NCBI GenBank assembly: GCA_035760455.1
Contig: DASTSX010000073.1
Span: forward strand, 1-57,942
Length of the DNA: 57,942 bases
Source: Gemmatimonadaceae bacterium
GTDB taxonomy: Bacteria > Gemmatimonadota > Gemmatimonadetes > Gemmatimonadales > Gemmatimonadaceae
Reading direction: 5' to 3'
Shown here piece by piece: positions 54,235 to 57,942 of this stretch; the first letter of the stretch is position 1, and every line of letters starts with the position of its first letter. A program made the translations under genes and the position numbers. The notes beneath the pieces are model-generated. The model saw only the letters and a program-made list of their open reading frames with translations, did no database searches and was not told the DNA's origin.

Positions 54235-57168
54235 ATGGATCAGACCTCGACCCTGCGGACCCGCCAGAGCGATTCGCTCACCCTGGGACCGGAGCGCCAC
54301 AGCGCCGCACTGATGCGCGCGGGCGCCCTCCAGACGGCGATCTTCAACAGCGCCCACTTCTCGAGCATCGCCACCGACGCGGCGGGCGTGATCCAGATCT
54401 TCAACGTCGGTGCCGAGCGGATGCTCGGCTACGCGGCGGCTGATCTGGTGAACCGGAAGACCCCGGCCGACATCTCCGACCCGCGCGAGATCATCGCGCG
54501 CGCGACGGAGCTGAGCCTGGAGCTCGGCACGCCCATCGCGCCGGGCTTCGAGGCTCTCGTCTTCAAGGCGTCACGCACGATCGAGGACATCTACGAGCTG
54601 ACGTACATCCGAAAGGACGGGAGCCGACTTCCCGCCGTCGTCTCCGTGACGGCACTGCGCGACGAGACCGAGACGATCATCGGCTACCTGCTCATCGGCA
54701 CCGACAACACGGCGCGCAAGCACGCCGAGGCGGCGCTGCTGAAAGCGGGGGCGCTACAGAGCGCGATCTTCAACAGCGCCAACTTCTCGAGCATCGCGAC
54801 GGATGCCGCCGGCGTGATCCAGATCTTCAACGTCGGCGCCGAGCGGATGCTCGGCTACGCGGCGGCCGACGTCGTGAACACGATCACCCCGGCGGCGCTC
54901 TCCGATTCGGAGGAGATCATCGCCCGCGCCAAGGCGTTGAGCGTCGAGGTCGGCACGCAGATCACACCGGGCTTCGAGGCCCTGGTGTTCAAGGCGTCGC
55001 GCGGCATCGAGGACATCTACGAGCTGACGTACATCCGGAAGGACGGTAGCCGCTTCCCCGCCGTGGTCTCGGTCACCGCGCTGCGGGATGAGACCGGGAC
55101 GATCATCGGTTATCTGCTGATCGGCACGGACAACACCGCGCGCAAGCAGGTCGAGGACGAGCGCATGCGGCTCGACCAGCGGTTGCGCGACCAGCACTTC
55201 TACACCCGCTCGCTCATCGAGTCGAACATCGACGCGCTGATGACGACGGACCCGCGCGGCATCATCACCGACGTCAACAAGCAGACCGAGGCGCTCACCG
55301 GGTGCACGCGCGACGAGCTGATCGGGGCGCCGTTCCGGAACTACTTCACCGACGCCGACCGCGCAGAGGCGGGGATCAATCGCGTGCTCGCCGAGGGCAA
55401 GGTCACGAACTACGAGCTCACGGCGCGCCGGCGCGACGGGACGCTGACGGTCGTGTCCTACAACGCCACCACGTTCCACGACCGCGATCGCCGCCTGCAG
55501 GGTGTGTTCGCCGCCGCCCGCGACGTGACGGAGCTCAAGCGCTACGAGCAGACGTTGCAGCAGAAGAACGCCGAGCTCGAAGACGCGAGCCGGATGAAGT
55601 CGGAGTTCCTCGCCAACATGTCGCACGAGCTCCGCACGCCGCTCAACGCGATCATCGGGTTCTCCGAGGTGTTGCGCGACGGCCTCGTCGGCCCGATGAG
55701 CGACCAGCAGCGGAACTTCACCGGCGACATCCTGCGCAGCGGCCAGCACCTGCTCTCGCTGATCAACGACATCCTGGATCTGTCGAAGGTCGAGGCGGGG
55801 AAGATGCTCCTGGATCTGGATCCCGTGGAGGTCTCGTCGCTGTTCGTCAACAGCCTCACGATCGTGCGGGAGAAGGCGGCGGAACGGCGCATCCGCCTGA
55901 AGCTGGAAGCGCAGGACGGGCTGGGCTCGATCATGGTGGATGCGCGCAAGGTCAAGCAGATCGTCTACAACCTGCTCTCGAATGCGGTGAAGTTCACCGG
56001 CGAGGGCGGACTGGTGACACTGCGCGCGGCGAGAGTCGAGCGCGCTCGCGTCGGACAGCTCGACGGCAAGCCCGGTCGCGCGTTCATGCCCGGCGAGAAC
56101 ACGTTCGCCGAATTCCTCGAGATCAGCGTCGCCGACAGCGGCATCGGGATCGCGGCCGAGGACCTCGATCACCTCTTCAAGCCGTTCAGCCAGATCGACA
56201 GCGGGCTGGCGCGTCGGTTCGAGGGAACGGGGCTCGGGCTGGCGATGGTGAAGCTGCTGGCCGATCTGCACGGTGGGTCGGTCGCCGTGGAGAGCGAGGT
56301 CGGCGCGGGGTCTCGGTTCACGGTCTGGCTGCCGCTGCGGCGGCTGGAGCGGCCCGCGCCGCCGGACGTCGCCGTGCTCGAGACGGTGCCGGCGGCGGCG
56401 GACGCATCACACGTGCGCACCGCGCTCGTCGTCGACGACGACCTCACGTCGGCCGACCTGATCCGGATTCAGCTCGAAGCGGAGGGGTTCGCGGTGCTGC
56501 ATGCCCTGTCCGGCGAATCCGCGCTGCATCTGGCCGCGCGCCAGCCGCTGGCGCTGATCACGCTCGACATCGCGCTGCCGAAGATGGACGGCTGGGACTT
56601 CCTCACGCGGATCAAGAAGGTACCGGCGCTCCGCCACGTGCCGGTCGTCATCATCTCGATCATGGCGGATTTCACCAAGGGATTCGCCCTGGGCGCGGCC
56701 GCGGTGATGCAGAAGCCGGTGACGCGGAAGGAGCTGTACGGCTCGCTCGCGCAGCTCGGGCTGTTCGTGCCGGCCGAGGCGCAGACGCTCAAGGTGCTGG
56801 TGGTCGACGACGACCCCAGAGCGGTGGAGCTCGTGGCCGTGCGGCTCGCGGCCATCGGCGCATCGGTCCTCCGTGCCCACGGCGGCCAGGAAGCGATCGA
56901 CCTCGCGCGCGCCGAGCTGCCGGGGCTCATCGTGCTCGACCTGATGATGCCGTCCGTGAACGGGTTCGACGTCGTAGAGGCGCTGCGGGAGCGCGCCGAG
57001 ACGGCGCGAATCCCGGTCATCGTGGTGACCGCGAAGCGGATCACCGAGGGCGACTACCAGCGACTCGACGGATCGGTCGCGGCGATCATGGAGAAGGGGC
57101 AGTTCGATCGGGCCCGCTTCAGCTCCGAGGTCCGGCGCGCGTTGTCGGGCCGCCACGCGGCGTGTTGA
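54235..57168 (+). CDS. Hybrid sensor histidine kinase: 3 PAS domains, HisKA, HATPase_c and 2 receiver domains
   Basis: 977 aa. Two near-identical long PAS modules are followed by a third PAS. The H-box is SHELRTPLNAI. The G-boxes are DSGIGI and GTGLGL. Two receiver domains are present (LVVDDDLTSADL...ITLDIALPKMDG and VLVVDDDPRAVE...IVLDLMMPSVNG). Confidence 0.9.
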   Translation: MDQTSTLRTRQSDSLTLGPERHSAALMRAGALQTAIFNSAHFSSIATDAAGVIQIFNVGAERMLGYAAADLVNRKTPADISDPREIIARATELSLELGTPIAPGFEALVFKASRTIEDIYELTYIRKDGSRLPAVVSVTALRDETETIIGYLLIGTDNTARKHAEAALLKAGALQSAIFNSANFSSIATDAAGVIQIFNVGAERMLGYAAADVVNTITPAALSDSEEIIARAKALSVEVGTQITPGFEALVFKASRGIEDIYELTYIRKDGSRFPAVVSVTALRDETGTIIGYLLIGTDNTARKQVEDERMRLDQRLRDQHFYTRSLIESNIDALMTTDPRGIITDVNKQTEALTGCTRDELIGAPFRNYFTDADRAEAGINRVLAEGKVTNYELTARRRDGTLTVVSYNATTFHDRDRRLQGVFAAARDVTELKRYEQTLQQKNAELEDASRMKSEFLANMSHELRTPLNAIIGFSEVLRDGLVGPMSDQQRNFTGDILRSGQHLLSLINDILDLSKVEAGKMLLDLDPVEVSSLFVNSLTIVREKAAERRIRLKLEAQDGLGSIMVDARKVKQIVYNLLSNAVKFTGEGGLVTLRAARVERARVGQLDGKPGRAFMPGENTFAEFLEISVADSGIGIAAEDLDHLFKPFSQIDSGLARRFEGTGLGLAMVKLLADLHGGSVAVESEVGAGSRFTVWLPLRRLERPAPPDVAVLETVPAAADASHVRTALVVDDDLTSADLIRIQLEAEGFAVLHALSGESALHLAARQPLALITLDIALPKMDGWDFLTRIKKVPALRHVPVVIISIMADFTKGFALGAAAVMQKPVTRKELYGSLAQLGLFVPAEAQTLKVLVVDDDPRAVELVAVRLAAIGASVLRAHGGQEAIDLARAELPGLIVLDLMMPSVNGFDVVEALRERAETARIPVIVVTAKRITEGDYQRLDGSVAAIMEKGQFDRARFSSEVRRALSGRHAAC
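54304..55155 (+). repeat. 426-bp in-frame tandem duplication (two PAS modules) inside the kinase gene
   Basis: aa 24-165 and aa 166-307 are about 85% identical. Long identical nucleotide runs occur, for example atcttcaacagcgcc..cttctcgagcatcgc and ggcgtgatccagatcttcaacgtcgg.gccgagcggatgctcggctacgcggcggc. Confidence 0.85.
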
Positions 57169-57169
57169 G

Positions 57170-57598
57170 ATGGCGACCATCCTCATCGTGGAGGACAATC
57201 CCACCAACATGCGGCTCGCTGCGTACGTGCTCGAATCAGCGGGGCACACCGTGCTCACGGCGAACGACGCGGAAGCCGGGCTGACGATCGCGCGGGACGC
57301 GCTCCCCGCGCTGATCCTGATGGACATCCAGCTTCCCGACATGGACGGGCTCGTGGCCACGGCGCACCTCAAGGCGGACCCCGCCACGCGGGCGATCCCG
57401 GTCATCGCGCTCACGGCGCTGGCGATGAAGGGGGACGAGGAGCGCATCCGCGCGGCGGGATGCGACGGCTACATCGCGAAACCGATGCGCTACAAGGACT
57501 TCCTCGCGACCGTCACGGCGCAGCTCGAGGGCGCGACCGGCCTAGCGGACGTCGGGCCGGTGTTCACCGACGCGGAGCGATCGACGACGCGCGGCTAA
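57170..57598 (+). CDS. Single-domain CheY-like response regulator
   Basis: 142 aa. TILIVEDNPTNMRL...LILMDIQLPDMDG...IPVIALTALAMKGD...GCDGYIAKP is the pattern. The start lies 2 nt after the kinase stop. Confidence 0.9.
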   Translation: MATILIVEDNPTNMRLAAYVLESAGHTVLTANDAEAGLTIARDALPALILMDIQLPDMDGLVATAHLKADPATRAIPVIALTALAMKGDEERIRAAGCDGYIAKPMRYKDFLATVTAQLEGATGLADVGPVFTDAERSTTRG

Positions 57599-57825
57599 AG
57601 GCGACGCGGCAGCTGGATCCCGCTCCGCGGTCAGTTCTTCGGCGCCAGCCCTCCGAGGAAATGGTTCGTACGGCGTGGCGACAAATTCGGCGCTCCGTGG
57701 TGGGCGGAGCGCCGTCGCGGCAGCGAGCGGGTGGCTCCGTGCGGCGGGCCCGTGGTGCCGTGCGTCGGGCGGATGGGCACGGACGCAGCGACCACGGGGC
57801 ATTCAACGCATCAGCAGAGCATCAT

Positions 57826-57906
57826 GTCATCCGATGACTCTTGACGGCGCGTACGAGAACCCCGATATAGGGTCAGACTTCATCGTGCCTCAAGTCATCG
57901 GATGAC
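57826..57906. promoter_or_regulatory. Pair of 13-nt palindromes, GTCATCCGATGAC and GTCATCGGATGAC, bracketing a promoter-like element
   Basis: P1 at 57826-57838 and P2 at 57894-57906 are exact reverse complements, with centres 68 bp apart. TTGACG at 57841-57846 and an AT-rich GATATAG at 57864-57870 lie between them. Confidence 0.4.
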
Positions 57907-57942
57907 TGCCGCCCGCCATTCTACCGCCCGGCTGGGCACTGT

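Overview
This is a 57.9-kb, very GC-rich (roughly 68-70%) chromosomal segment. It carries about 55 protein genes and one tRNA-Phe, and I saw no transposase, integrase, CRISPR array or rRNA. The gene content fits a Gemmatimonadota-like soil bacterium, but that assignment is inference only. The supporting content is a CarboxypepD_reg-type TonB-dependent receptor, a SPOR/TPR protein, a Tat-exported TldD, an LVIVD lipoprotein and many ATGA/GTGA 4-nt gene overlaps.

Gene order:
- DUF2225-like protein, upp, beta-CASP MBL hydrolase, TetR, DUF218.
- Two tandem M16 peptidase pairs, NUDIX.
- ECF sigma and anti-sigma, holA, SPOR protein, mutS, TonB-C protein.
- Cystathionine beta-synthase, ddl, a cysteine-less QueE-like protein, rhomboid, queF.
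- A large TonB-dependent receptor.
- A sulfur block: rhodanese, thrB, MoaD-like carrier, MoeZ, ThrC-like enzyme, OprP-type porin, sbp-cysTWA.
- SRPBCC protein, tRNA-Phe, two small genes.
- pmbA/tldD, a decayed NtrC-type regulator, LVIVD lipoprotein.
- Cupin-VOC-malate synthase operon.
- Ankyrin protein, membrane protein, phosphotriesterase-family protein.
- MerR/B12-binding regulator, small ORF and HD-GYP operon.
- A lipoprotein, two small coupled ORFs, a triple-PAS hybrid histidine kinase and a CheY-like regulator.

Many long track ORFs are N-terminally over-extended or are opposite-strand shadows. I trimmed starts to ATG/GTG codons that overlap the upstream stop or fit family N-termini.

Most interesting observations:
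1. The rhodanese-thrB-carrier-MoeZ-ThrC-like cluster looks like a protein-thiocarboxylate route from O-phosphohomoserine to homocysteine.
2. It is preceded by a roughly 440-nt leader with a good promoter and two intrinsic-terminator-like hairpins, with no riboswitch class I can recognise.
3. A family of GGTGAGTT octamer arrays sits inside operon spacers.
4. A QueE homolog has lost all three radical-SAM cysteines.
5. A B12/light-type MerR regulator is translationally chained to an HD-GYP phosphodiesterase.

All family assignments come from motif recognition by eye. No database search was run.
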